Assembly (NCBI GenBank): GCA_038496445.1
Contig: JALMLS010000548.1
Location: 124,001-188,000 of the forward strand
From: Trichosphaerium sp. ATCC 40318
Lineage: Eukaryota; Protista; Tubulinea
Reading direction: 5' to 3'
Length of the DNA: 64,000 nucleotides
Position 1 is the first letter of the stretch. Every line of letters starts with the position of its first letter. The notes beneath the pieces were generated by a model that was not told the DNA's origin, searched no databases, and saw only the letters and a program-made list of their open reading frames with translations. The position numbers were made by a program, and so were the translations under genes. Shown here piece by piece: positions 1 to 12,818 of the stretch.

Positions 1-626
1 ATGAACTCTTTCAATTGGTACTGGTGCTGGTGTAGGCATAGGTGGTATACCTAGCGCTTCAGCTTGTTCTGCACTGATTTCCAGCGATTCAAAGAGATCA
101 TCCAAGTCGTTAAATCCTCCCTTTCCTCCAATATCCTGAGTTACAGCTTGGGCCTTAAATTCGTTCTCTATAGCTTCTTCTTGTTCGTCGTCTGAATCGG
201 AAGAAGACGACACTTCATCGGAGAACAAATCCTGAACTTCCTAGCGAAAAACACTCAACCGGATTTATTTTGTTTATCACGTGCTAATAGCGACTTACTT
301 CAGAATCGTCTTCATCGCCATCTATGTCTTCCTCAAGAACATCCAACTGTTCGCCTGCTATTGGCACTTCTGTTTCTACTTGTTTTTTATCTGGTTCATC
401 TATTGAGTGGTAAATAACACGCGAACGCTTTTGGTTTGATAAATTACAGTTTTGACAAAAAAATAAAAAGCAACCGCTGTATAATGTTGTAACCTGCGAT
501 CAAAGCCTCGAATTGCGCGTCTAGATCATCAAAATCAAAACCAGCAGTCCCTGTTCCTCCTGAAGGCTCTGGAGGTGTCGCTACAGCGTCTCCGGATAAC
601 CACGCGTCAATAAAGGAGTCTTCCAT
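1..626 (-). CDS. 5' part of a spliced gene for an acidic low-complexity protein (runs off the window start)
   Basis: ATG at 626 (MEDSFIDAWLSG...). After GT-AG introns at about 408-492 and 242-298 the frame continues into D/E-rich coding sequence down to base 1. Confidence 0.6.
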
Positions 627-805
627 ACGAGTAACGCAAAATCACAAACTTTGCTGTTTGAATACACGTGCTCTATGACTTGACAAAAGTTGAGGCGAAA
701 AAAAAGTCAAGATATTTATTATTGATTCATACACGTGACAATCGAAAAGCTAAGTGTTGTTTTATTCTTGTGGCTCAATAATCATTTGTTGGCAACTGTA
801 CTATT

Positions 806-1312
806 CTACTTCTTCAAGGAGTTCGGGTTTTTCATGGTCTTTTTTCCTTTTAGTATTTCTCCTAACAGATCTTGCTCCCACTTCGACATTTGTTCAAGAG
901 TTTCCTTTTCATCAAGATCACCCTGAATATTATAATTTCTCGCTTCGTATACGAAGTTGAGGCTAGTAGATTTGTATGTAACCTGTCCAGGAAGACCTCT
1001 TGTATCTTCGTGATTTGCAAAAGCCCAACCTGAGCAGGCAAGCAACCTGCCACGATCCGTGGTTATTTTCTCGTTTTGTATGACCTCTGTATACAAACGC
1101 TCGTGAAGAGAACCGCTATGCCCCAAACGGCTTACGTGGTCTCCATGCATAAATGCAGCAACGTTACAGTTTTCAAAGTACACAAGGACACCGACATATC
1201 CTATGTACTCGTCTACTGGGGTTTCAAGCTCGGTTACATTGTCTTCTGTAAGTAAATAAACGGCGCTTTTATTGTACTTTACTTTGTTCTTAAGATTGTC
1301 GTCCTTTCCCAT
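806..1312 (-). CDS. Hypothetical intronless 168-aa protein
   Basis: Uninterrupted ORF with globular-like composition; no family recognised. Confidence 0.55.
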   Translation of the reverse strand: MGKDDNLKNKVKYNKSAVYLLTEDNVTELETPVDEYIGYVGVLVYFENCNVAAFMHGDHVSRLGHSGSLHERLYTEVIQNEKITTDRGRLLACSGWAFANHEDTRGLPGQVTYKSTSLNFVYEARNYNIQGDLDEKETLEQMSKWEQDLLGEILKGKKTMKNPNSLKK

Positions 1313-2242
1313 TGTTTGTGTTGATGAGGTGGTGTTGTTTGTTAGTTGTTTGTTGTTTAATGCTATTTTATTTCGCTATTGTATTCAATGAAAGAATTGT
1401 ATCACGTGATGTTGCATCATTTTTATTATCTACAAATAATACAACTACGATGCGGGTGATTGTAGTTCTTCAAAAACTACAAATAGAATATGCTTGGCTA
1501 TGTTATCAACGCGTAACGATTTTACAGAGAGTTACGAACAGGAATTTAGTTTTAAGTGAAACAAAAAGGTTAGTATGTAGGTGCACTACAACAATAAAAG
1601 AATTGGCTATTCTAGAAGGTTTGAGTGACCATTGGGTATCCTCAGAATTCGTAGTTGCTGTTGTTATATCATGCCTTAATGGCGTTATACCATATGGTAC
1701 CGTAATGTGAGACGATACTTTACTAGTTTTAGTTTCGTGCTAGCACGCAGGTAATTTGCATACAACGTCACGAAAGAAAGAAGTTGTAGCTACATAAGCG
1801 TAATGATTTTTGCTCTGTTTTACTACTTTCCAAGGCCAGTGTCGTTTCATATTGTCCTAACTACCACAAATGTCGTGGCAGATGTCTAAAATCTCAGGTA
1901 AAATGATTGCCGATGCCTCATTCAGGCTTCACAATGACTTGCGAAGTTTCACGTGTCAATGGGGTACCGTACGATGTAGTCAGCTGCTGGATGGACAACT
2001 TAGAGACCATTTCGTAAGAACCATATGAAGATGGCAAAATGAAGCACGACCAAATGCTAGGATTGTATAATCCTAATTTAGCATAATAATAAATGTTTCT
2101 AACTTAGGACTGTCACAATTGCCACTCGCATCTCATTACAACCATTAGTTCTGTCAAGCTTTACGGATTTAAGTAATTTTCTCAGAAAGCATAGTTTTTG
2201 AAGTCAATATAACTTCTAAAAATACAATTGATTGTGTTTGTG

Positions 2243-3884
2243 ATGTCAGAAGCAGCGTACCAGCCAAAATCGTTATTTCCTCAAGGTGTTACTATCGATG
2301 AGTGCCGTCAAGCTATAAAAGGTATCAAAGGATTTAAAGAAGTAAATAATGCGGACTACACGCTCTTTTCGTATGGGTTAATCTCAAAAGAGATGTTTCC
2401 TGATCCTTTAAAGGTACAAAGTACAAACTTTGTGTAAATTGGTTGTTAACACTCAACCAAGGCGACCAATGAGAAACAGTGGCGTGAATGGGCTATTAGA
2501 CGAGAATGTAGAGGAATAGTATTTTCTTCATCTAAACCGAACAAAGTACTCTAAACACGCCGTGAATCGTTTAACAACCTTCTTAGATACTCTCCAGGCG
2601 TTTTCATAAATTCTTCAACGTGAATGAGCTAGAAGAGTGCCAAGCAGGAGATTTATCACTTGAAAGCGGTTGCTACTTGTTAGAAAAGGTTGTACAGCTG
2701 TTATAACGTCGACACTAACATTATAGGCGGACGGAAGCCTTCTTTCGCCATTGTACACAGGTGATAAATTACGCTGGGCATCTAAGAACGGAGTGACGCC
2801 ATTATCCATACAGATAGAGAACAACTATTGCCAAAAAAAGCAAAAACTGTTATTTTCTTTCTGTAAAAAAGTACGCGCATAAGCTTTGGCCTTCACGTGC
2901 GGTATCTGATGTTTGTGTTAGTGGTTAGATAAAGGTTATACGCCTTTATTTGAATACTGCGCTCCAGATAATTGCATAGTGGTCAAGTACGATGAGACTG
3001 AGTTTGTTCTATTAGCACTGCGAAACAACCATTCAGGTATTTATAAAAACAATCACGTGTTGCTCTTATGTTCTTCCTTAGGTGAATACTTGACTTATCC
3101 AGAGCTTCAAGAAGCTGTACAGGGTACTGGCATATCATTAGTCCCAAAGGCACTTGACACGTTGATATCAGAATCCAAGACTGTAGTTGAGCTTATCACA
3201 AAGGTACTCGAAAATACTTTCCAATAGTATTAATAAATTTATAGATATCGGTAGTAGATGGCTTAGAGGGTAATGAGCGTTTTCCTGTTGTGCTTTTTTA
3301 TAACTATGAAAATAGGGTATACATTATATTATCCACATGGTGCTATTTATAAGGTATTGAAGAAAGTGAGAACATTGCCTTTTAATTATTGTATGATTTA
3401 GATTAAAACGAAATGGTATGTTGACAAGCACAAGTTTTTCAAGTATGTCCCACCTGAAAAAGATATCTGGAAGTTTATCCTCGATGGTACAATCGATGAT
3501 ATTGTAGCTAGTTTGAGGGAGTAAGTCTCAAGCCATTTTGATTACAGGATTGTTAACTTCATTGTTAGACGTGATCACGCTAAGAAAATTCAAGAATTTC
3601 AAACTGTTTTTATGAAGGCATACCATGAAGTATGTGACTTGGCGACATCTGTTGTAGAAGAAGCAAAGAAAAAGAATATGAATTCAAAAGACTTTTTTCA
3701 AATGGTTCATAATAGAGAAGATACAAGGAGTATTGAAGCACCTCTTTCACAAATGTTCAATTCAGGATTTGATGCTACTTCTACTATAACAAAGTATATG
3801 TTACGGTTTGTTGGTTCTAGTACTAAACTCGAAAAAGCAAGGACTGTAGTTAATGGTATTAAATTTTCCTGGGATGATGAATAA
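2243..3884 (+). CDS. T4 Rnl1-type ATP-dependent RNA ligase, multi-exon
   Basis: The spliced translation gives RRECRGIVF, RRFHKFFNVNE, motif I LLEK|ADGS, TPLFEY, LEG|YII and YK|IKTKWY, which are the nucleotidyltransferase motifs of the RNA_lig_T4_1 family. Confidence 0.85.
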
Positions 3885-4160
3885 CAAACTTATCAAACAC
3901 GTGATATCAAATAAATCTGGTAAATAAAAAAAAAGTGCTACATGTGTATTTAATACGAAATGTCGTATCTCGCTTTGTCCAAAGAGCGTAATATGAAATC
4001 TTGGTCACTCTAATTTCTATAGCTGGCCTATTTTTAGCGAAACTCAGTTCGAACCTTTTTTGATACAAAAAAGTCAAATAGTTTTTTCTCCCCTGAGTAA
4101 GTCAACCATTGTCTGGCCAGGTTTAGTATTCTCAAAAGTAATTCTAACATTGGAGAGAAC

Positions 4161-6841
4161 ATGGCACCGAAGCTTCTTTTCGGATGGCTTCTCTTAATAT
4201 TCTTTACTCAAAGTTAGTTTACGCGTGATGTGTCGTTTGTTAACTCGTTTAAAATAGCATTGGCATGTCTTACATCAATGGACTGTAATTTAAACGGCGA
4301 TTGTTTGCCTTCGGGTGTTTGTAGTTGCGACAAAGGATGGACAGGCGTTAAATGTGGTGTACTACGTCAAGGAAAGGGATTGTACGTGTGTTTTAAAACA
4401 TCAATTCATCCTCAGCCAGATATCTGACTATTTTACCTTTAGGGTTCCTTACCCAGGTACAAGGGCTAAAACAGATGCCATAAAACGATGATTTTGTTTA
4501 TTTAATAATTTCTTGTAGATCAGGCTCTTAACTGGCCAGGTAATGGTACAGTAGCGTCTTCTTGGGGTGGTAGTATAATAAAAGGTACGCATTGTTTTTT
4601 GACAAAAGTAAATCACGTGAGAAATAAGATGGTAGCCAAGGGTGCTAAGCTCAAGTTGAGGTGTTAGTAATTCTCAGTTTGATTTTATTTTACGTTTTTT
4701 TTTGGCGACTCGTCTTCCAGTAAGGTGCAAAATGACCTGTGAGTTGACTTGAATGAACAATTAACTGATGTGTTGGTTTTTCTTCTTTCTTTGGTATCGT
4801 CCGTACACAAAATAAAAACTGCGCAAAGGCTACTTCGGGGTTAAAACTTGCGTGGGGTGTTAACATGAGTCGAGAATTTGGGATCGTAAATTTAGTGGTG
4901 AAAAGTGAATTTTTAGAAATTGGCATAAGGGAGTAAGTACTTTGGTATGACTCGGGTTCAGGTGCACATATTTTAAAACCCAAGAACTTTCATTGCGGTC
5001 TCTTTAATCTTTTGTGAGTCAAACTTCTGTAAGAGCAGAAAAAGTCCCGAGTGTGACTCACCCCATTCTTTATGAGGGATACTCGTTTCACTAGGGTTGA
5101 GAAATGGTTCGCGTCCGAAATCACATGGCATGGAAAGTTGAGTCGCTGTATTTACTAATGACTCACAAAAAGGGTAGGGACAAAACCTAATACCAAAGTT
5201 TAAACATCACTTTTTATTGTAGCACGTGATAACAAGTAATTTTTTTTGTGGTTTTTTGTTATGACTAGCCCATTCTGTCAGGTCAAAACTCGATTTTTTT
5301 AATTCAAGAAAGGGACTCAGGTTTTGTAAATGTTCATGCTATGACTCACGTTCTGTCCGGGTTTTAAAAATGGGCTCAAGTAACAAGTGGTTTTTATTGA
5401 ATGTGAACGTGTACTATGCGCATGCGAGATTATATGTTGCTTCCGTTCTGTCAGGGTTAAAAACAGGTGTTAGTCATTACCCCCAACATTATTTATAAGT
5501 CAACAATTCGGAAATTTAAGTCAAAACCACTTACCTAGTAATAACACTAGACGTCCAAACAATATTGTTTTTTTAATGTGTTTTAGAGGATGATATCTAT
5601 CATCTCTTTGTTAATACTGTTTGTGCCAATAAGACGACTATGCACGATAAAAACGCTGTTATAATACACGCAGTGGCTAAGGATATAATGGTACGGTGAA
5701 GGATGTCTATCGTGAAAGGGGAGGGCGCAAAACCGGCCTCAATCTTTTTTATTCCGCTTTGTCGAGTTTTTATTCATTCTCGTTTTAGGGCCCATACCGA
5801 TACTTTGATACAGCTCTAGGCCCTGCTACTACTAACCCACATATCGTTAAAGCTCCAGAAGGAGGTTACCTAATATTTAATACGCTAGATAATCCAAGGT
5901 GTGTTGAGGTTTTCATCCAAACAAAATATCATCAATTTTAACTCTCTTCTAGCGACGATTGGGTTCCTTGTACTGGTGAACGTGATCTGGATGAATCTTT
6001 ATCTAACGGAGTAATACCTCATTCAATCAACGTAGCATACAGCAAATAGTAAGGCATATTTACGAATTACTTATCTTTGCTTACTTTTTTTTTGTAAGCT
6101 TGACTGGTCCTTGGAAGCGTTATGCTCTTGAGGTTGAGATGGGCCCATACGGTATATACTACAACCCAGCTGTTTATATTTTCGAAAACGGCACAGTACT
6201 CATGGTGCTCACTGGTTACTTGGGCGATAATTGCAGTGGCGTATACTGCGAGAAATTAGTAATGTTGAAGGTTAGTTGTTTGTGAAACTGTGTTAACTGT
6301 TTTTTTTAATAATTTTCTGGTAGGCTTACGATTGGCGTGGTCCTTATAAATTAGTTAATCCTCTGATTTTTGAGCATTCAGGAGAAGATGCCTTCTTATG
6401 GAAGGATAAGAGAGGCTTTAAGATGTTATTCCATAACTTCCAGACACCTGGTTGGAATATTGACAGCACTCTTGTACTATCAAACTTCTTAACTTTTTTT
6501 TTTTCTCTTTTTCGGCATGTTGTGCCGAATAACGTTTGGTTCTAGGTTGGCGGGTATGCTTATTCTCTTGATGGTATTACATGGACAAGATCCGAAGAAA
6601 TGGCTTTTTATACTACAGTACCTATGATAACAGGAGGTTCGAAGACGTACACAAGGAGGTACGTTATCTTCTTTCTTTTTTTTTTTTTGTTTTCGCAATT
6701 TGTTATTAAACTTGTGATAGGGAACGTCCTGAAATTTACTTTGAAGATGGCGTGCCAAAGTACTTATTAACTGCTTGTCAAGCTGTTTTTGAGCTTGATC
6801 ACCCTAGTACATTTAATATCGTACCAATACTGACTGATTAA
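4161..6841 (+). CDS. Secreted protein with an EGF-like domain and a putative GH43-like beta-propeller, multi-exon
   Basis: Signal peptide, EGF pattern CNLNGDC..GVCSCDKGWTGVKC, then SSWGGSII, YHLF, HAVA..GPY, NPHI, GPW, NPAV and EDAFLW motifs typical of five-bladed propeller hydrolase-like proteins. Confidence 0.7.
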
Positions 6842-7477
6842 TAATCCTTAAAACAACTTAATAAACCTCTTCACAACATGTGATGGTTACCGTCAAACTT
6901 ACTGATTTTCTTGTTTTTGTGCTTTGCTATTTTTATAGCCAACCTATATTTAAAAATACTAAGAGAAGTGATTTACGACCACATCTAGATATGCGGCGTT
7001 TGTTGTAATACAATTGTAAGTCCGCGCAGTAGTCGGCCAAGACGAAAAAAAGAAAATTCGAAGCTGAATTTCTTTTCTACCAAGGAATAGTTTTACGCAA
7101 TGATATCTCGATATCCCTGGTCCCAAAATAGAGTGAGAAAATGTGGTCAAAAAAGGTAATTCCTTAACTTAAACTACGGAACTCTTTACGGACTTACATT
7201 TACAGCACAAGACATACGGCATTTGAATCGTTTTAGTTACGGCTATTTTGACCATACTTGAAGCTTTACTTGCTAAATAAAGAATAAAACAGCTAAATTG
7301 AACTCTTTTTACTCGCAAACGCTCTTATGTATTCGAAAAAGGCGTCTAAAGGTATTTGTAATGTTTGCTCCAAACAATTGTTTCCTTTTTCGTAAAATAC
7401 TTTCGGAAGTATGTTATTGTATTGCTCATACTCTCTATATATGTGTATTCGACTATTGATCTTTTTTTGTAGAAACA

Positions 7478-8551
7478 ATGAGCAGCAATTCAAGAAAACA
7501 ATGTCACAAGAATATTCTTGACTTGCCTGTTGAGATTTTGTGTTGTTTTGTAGACTTTCTTTACAAAGCGCGATTCAGCTTTGCCCAAACATGCTGGAGT
7601 TTCGCTAGTGTTATACACAACCATATGGGATATAAAAGAATATATCTAGACACCAACCAAGCTATCTTATTCTGCAAAAAACGACAAAACTTAGTCAGAA
7701 ATACGCCGATTTCTTGCGGACTTAAGTTCGGAAGAACAAATCGCGATATAACTGACAAAGGTGTCAAATATCTAGCAGGTGCTCGGAACTTGAGCCTTTC
7801 TTCATGCATTTCAGTTACAAACAAAGGTGTAATGGCACTAGCGGGTATCCACACAATCGATTTAAGTGCTTGCTCGAAAATAACAGACAAAGGCGTTTCT
7901 GCTCTTGCTGGTGTTCACACAATCAATCTTTGGGGTTGCACTAAGGTAACAGATAAGGGAATTAAAAGCCTAGCTGGCGTGTATTCTATAAACTTGGAAG
8001 AGTGCGTGGCGTTGACAGATGAAGGAATATGCGCGCTTTCTAGTGTTCATGATATTGTTCTTACAGCATGTAATCGTGTTACAGACAAAGGTGTTAAATC
8101 GCTTGCCTCATCTCACTCTGTAACACTTTTTTACATGGATAAGGTTACGGATGAGGGTATAAAGGCTTTAAAAAGTGTTCATACACTTAAGTTAAGCTTG
8201 ACTGGAATCACCGACAATGGAGTAAAAGAATTGTCAAATGTAAATGAACTTTTTCTTCGTGGATGTAAGCATGTCACTGATAAATCAATGAAGTCTCTTT
8301 CTAATTTACATACCCTTCACCTCCGATCTATGGATAATATAACAGATAAGGGTATAAAGCACTTGGGATCGATACATTCTCTGAAACTTGAGCAATGCGA
8401 TTTTGTTACGGATAAAGGAATGTCTTCGCTTGTTGATGTACACTCTATACATATATATGGATGTGTAGGTATATCTTATCAATGTAAAGAGCGTATTAGA
8501 AGTGCCCGAAAACATCTTAAAAACAAGACAACCTGGTGTGGGGGCTGGTGA
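7478..8551 (+). CDS. F-box/leucine-rich repeat protein (intronless, 357 aa)
   Basis: N-terminal ILDLPVEIL F-box followed by about 11 repeats of xTDxGxxxLxxVHxIxLxxC. Confidence 0.85.
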   Translation: MSSNSRKQCHKNILDLPVEILCCFVDFLYKARFSFAQTCWSFASVIHNHMGYKRIYLDTNQAILFCKKRQNLVRNTPISCGLKFGRTNRDITDKGVKYLAGARNLSLSSCISVTNKGVMALAGIHTIDLSACSKITDKGVSALAGVHTINLWGCTKVTDKGIKSLAGVYSINLEECVALTDEGICALSSVHDIVLTACNRVTDKGVKSLASSHSVTLFYMDKVTDEGIKALKSVHTLKLSLTGITDNGVKELSNVNELFLRGCKHVTDKSMKSLSNLHTLHLRSMDNITDKGIKHLGSIHSLKLEQCDFVTDKGMSSLVDVHSIHIYGCVGISYQCKERIRSARKHLKNKTTWCGGW

Positions 8552-8901
8552 AACAGACAAAGATTAGTTAATATTGTAGTAGTTTTAAGTAAAGTTCAAA
8601 GTCATTTTATCCGTTTGAGTCAAGCTTGTTTATTACAAATGTACTTAAGGTCATTTAAAATACAAACACGCTGCCTACAGTTAGGTACATCATAGCAAGC
8701 ATATAACCAGAAGCAGATACTATCAAGAGTACTATTGGCAATAACATTCTAAGAAATTAATTGTTTAACGCTGACTTGTGAGGTCCGTTTCTTAGCCGAT
8801 GGTCAACCGGTTAAGATTATTAGTAGTTGGTAAACCCAGGGAACATATCGCGACCATCTCTAGTTTTAAACACAAATAGTTACAACATTTTTATTTCTGC
8901 T

Positions 8902-9869
8902 TTACATCATTGTACATTTTTCTTTGGTACCCAGTAACATATTTGCATATGTTGTGTTTTTAGATCTACGCCTCCTTTCATGTTCCTTCAATAGTTTCTT
9001 TGTGTGTTCTATTATAACGCCTCTACCAAGTGAGTATACCCTAGATACTCTACATCTTAGTTTTTTTTCCTTTATTTTTATCGAAAGTAGCTGTTTCCAA
9101 AACACTCTTTTCTCAATTCTTTCTTGATTTCCCAACATTAGAAATGCAATTACAACACCTATCCATAGTGAAGCTATACACAGACGTTAGTGTAAAGTAT
9201 AAATTATGCACCCACAAAGAGAGGATAATAAAAGTTGTACGTACACATGAAAAACAAGCAAAAAGTAATAAGCAAAATTAGCACAAACCCACAAATATAG
9301 AGTTTCGTTTTCTCCCTTAACATGACCTTATCGCGCTTTATTTGTGCAGTCACTTCCGCACTATGACGTTCATGTGCTTGTTTTAACTCTAGCAACCTCT
9401 CATCTTGTCGTTTTACTATCCTGTTAGAATCAAACCAACACTTAAAAAAATGACCTTTAAAACAACACGTTTTTGGATCTATTTTGGTATTAAACGGCAA
9501 ACGGTTTATGATTGGTCTCCAAAATACATCGTGGCTAGTGTACACGAATAGAGCCTTGTTCAGCGCTGTAATCTATGATGTTTGTGAGCTCAAAACGCCG
9601 TTTTGCTGTTTTTTTTCTGAAATTACCGCAATAAAGTCTGAAACTGAAAGGAACTGGCAAATAGTGTACAGAACATCAAGAGGGACGCTCGAAAATGCGC
9701 CTAAATCATCTTCCTTAATTGATACTACAGTTTAACGTTAAATTAATTATAACATTAAATAAATCGTGCCTAACGACTCTGGAGCTAGTTGGTAATGGTC
9801 GTGAGGCGTTTCTTCCTCAAATTGTTGTTCTTTACACTTGTTTTCTTTCTTTGTATTCCTGCCTCCCAT
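8902..9869 (-). CDS. F-box protein with coiled coil and two hydrophobic (TM) segments, spliced
   Basis: ATG at 9869 (MGGRNTKK), a GC-AG first intron, F-box FSSVPLDVLYTICQFL, then hydrophobic LYICGFVLILLITFCLFF and SLWIGVVIAFLM segments. Confidence 0.6.
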
Positions 9870-10698
9870 TCTCTTCTGGGCTTGTGCGAAACAAGAAAGA
9901 CTGGAAAAGGGGTGGCCTTAAAAACGATTTCTGTGAAGCAAGCCTGTCAACGTATTTATTTTGCAAATAGCCTACTTTTCACCACGATATCATTTCCCCT
10001 TAGTAATATACACTGATTGGCCTTGTTTCCTGCGTTATAAGTTGATGAGGAACAAAGCCAATGGATCTCACAATTCAGTGCAGGAAGCTGCCAGAAGCAA
10101 TACAAGTTCAAAAGGAGGCCTTTGTCTTTGAGATGGTATGTGGCAAGAAATTTTACAACCTGTGTAGAAAGTCTTATGTCAATGGCAAAAGGCCTTCCGA
10201 TACTGCCTTTCGAAAATGGTTTAAGAAGTGGAGATAAGTTCATTCGTCTTGCCAGCAGCCTCTTTCCCTCATCACTACGTAGGCTTAAGAAAGTGTAAAA
10301 ACATGAAAAAGACAAAGTAAGTATGTACAGTTTGTTCTTCGTCTGTAACTATAACTATGAAGGAAGATGTGGAACATTTCAAGCGTTTGGTTGGACTGAA
10401 CAAGACTGTCAATATCGAAGAACACAATAGGCAACAACAACAATTGTGAGTAGCAATCAAAACATCCACCTCCCCCCCCTAAAATCCTTTTTCTTTTTCT
10501 TTTTGTAAAAATTATTTCTGAATTTTTCCATTTGCAATTCACACGAGTGTTCTTAAATGTAGAATAAATCCGCTTGTGTGGCTATGCTAGAGCCACCAAA
10601 GACTGAGCGTCTTTCCTCCCAAGCGCGTCTCCCTTATATTGACAATGTTGTCCAATCTAACAAGAGTAAATTTATCCCAATAATACTGACTTTACTAT

Positions 10699-12818
10699 CT
10701 CTTTCTACACCGAACAACGGAAATATCCGTTTTTTTAAAGACACAACTGTAAAAAATAAAAATTGTGACTTACCAGCGCTGAGTTGAACTCCATTGATGC
10801 AGCAGTAGTATGTAACACTAGCAAAGACGTTTGTAGAGCATACATTCAGAATTTGAGCTTCCGTTTAAAGAAAATTTTTTTGACGGACCTTAACCAAAAA
10901 GTCCACAAATCATCAAATGGAGCATGAAAACAGCACCTCCAGTAACACTACGGGCCCCTCCTTTGCTAGTTCAAGTGATGATGAAGAAGAAACAGAGAAA
11001 ATTCCAATACAGTTTGAAAACACAAATCAAGTACTTATATAACGCTTTCTACGCACAAAAACGTAACTGAAGGAGTTTTAGGAGATTTCAGAAGAAAAAA
11101 AGTTCAAATACAAAAAACCAGGTCGGAAAGAGCGTAGCCATGTGTTGATTGATAAAGCATCCGGATTGAAGCCTTTGGATATGTTTTTGAGTTTTGTCAG
11201 TGAGCGGTATTGGAAAAAAATTGTTGTAGCCACCAATAATTATGCAAAAAAAAAGGTACACGCAACTTTGGAGTTTCACTAACACTAGTAGAAAGGAGTA
11301 CAACTAGACTTGACACTGAAAGAACTAATGAGGTGGTTGGCAGCATCTATAATACTTGGTGCACATAGGATGGGTCCTAGAAAAGCATGGCAAACAAACA
11401 CTTGTTACGATATGCCAAAATTAAGACAGATCATGATTCGAAACCGCTATGAAGATATTGCACGTTGCTTACATTTACCTACCACTGGAACTAGTGACGC
11501 TGATCCATACCAAAAGATTAGAACTCTTGTTGATACATTTAGACATCAATGCATCAACAACTATCTACCACATGAAAAACTGGCATTAGATGAAGCCACT
11601 CCAGGATATGCAGGGAGAACAAAGCTGATTAAAAGAACCAAACATAAAAAGGTATCTTCCGGCTTTGACATTAAATGCGTGGTAGACTCTGAATCCAAGT
11701 ACCTTGTTAATTTTTTGTTAAACAAAGAACCACATGTGTCTATTCAAGGGTTGACTCCAACAGCAAACAAAGCATATCACCTTATTTCACAGCTTAAACA
11801 ACACGGTCATGAAATTTTTATGGATAATCTGTATATGCGTCCTAGTTTAGCAGTAGCTGTCTATCAAATTGGACAATATTGCACAGGTACATGGAGGAAA
11901 AATTATGGTGTACCAAAAGAGATTTATCGTACCAAAGAAAAAGGCAAAAAAGCCAAAGCAAAAGCAAGAGAAGTTATTCTATACAGTGCTGAACCATTAG
12001 ATAATGTAACATTCATGGTTGGTCTTGGTCTTTATGACAAGCGCCCATTTTATTTTTTAACAACAGCATCATACGAGTTTGAAGAAGTTATTGGAGGCAC
12101 ACGACAAAAACTTAAACTTGATTGTATCCATGCTTACAACAACTACATGAATGGAGTAGATGTTTTTGATCAATACATGCAAGTAAGTGTTTACAGGCCA
12201 AGTGTTAAATGGTGGAAGCGCTTGTATGCTTGGATAATTGATGCTGCCATCATCAATTCATTCATTTTATACAAAAGTTGCCGTCGGAATACTACCAAGT
12301 TGTCTGATTTTAAAACAACACTAGTTGATGAATTACTACAAAGGTACACATCTTTACTAGTTGATCAATTAATCAGTGTAGATTTGCGGAGTCTGATACT
12401 GATGAAGACAGCACACCAATAGTCAGTTTGAAAAAAAAAAAATATAAAACTACTACAAGTTTACCTGATTCTCGTCTAACTGCACAACGCCACTTTCCTT
12501 CCAAAAACACTCGTAGATTGTGCATTGTGTGTAAATTAACCAAAGAAAAGGCTAAAGAAACACAATATTATTGTAAAAGCTGTAATGTGCCTCTGTGTGC
12601 TGCTCCATGTTTTATGTTGTTTCATACAAAAAAACATTGCAAATAAAAAATTTTTCCTATCATGACTATGTGCACAACTGAATTGTAGGTCAGCACTGCC
12701 TAACAGCATGTGTTTATACATCAGGGTACCTTTCATCCATTTTTTTGCAATTGGTGTTGTTAAATTTCAATTTTCAAAAAAACGGATATATCCGTTTTTT
12801 ACTCAGGGCAAGAAAGAG
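10699..12818 (+). mobile_element. piggyBac-family DNA transposon (about 2.1 kb)
   Basis: Terminal inverted repeat ctatctctttct (10695-10706) / agaaagagatag (12811-12822) and an internal inverted repeat (aacggaaatatccgttttttt / aaaaaaacggatatatccgtt) enclose a piggyBac transposase gene. Confidence 0.85.
10917..12646 (+). CDS. piggyBac transposase (DDE_Tnp_1_7 type) with C-terminal Cys-rich domain, about 3 introns, apparently intact
   Basis: DDD triad in LALDEA, MDNLY and MNGVDVFDQ, plus a KWWKR motif. The intron at about 12343-12380 joins in frame to the C-terminal CIVC..CKSC..LC..PCF..FH domain. Confidence 0.9.

Noticed and set aside
1312-1710. 132-aa plus-strand ORF
   Set aside because: Non-ATG start, overlaps the likely promoter of the 806-1312 gene, and has no recognisable motif.
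7561-7890. Antisense ORFs over the LRR gene and over other host genes
   Set aside because: Shadow ORFs opposite well-supported coding sequence.
10000-10500. Short ORFs and a poly-C stretch between the F-box gene and the piggyBac
   Set aside because: No consistent frame, recognisable motif or terminal repeats.
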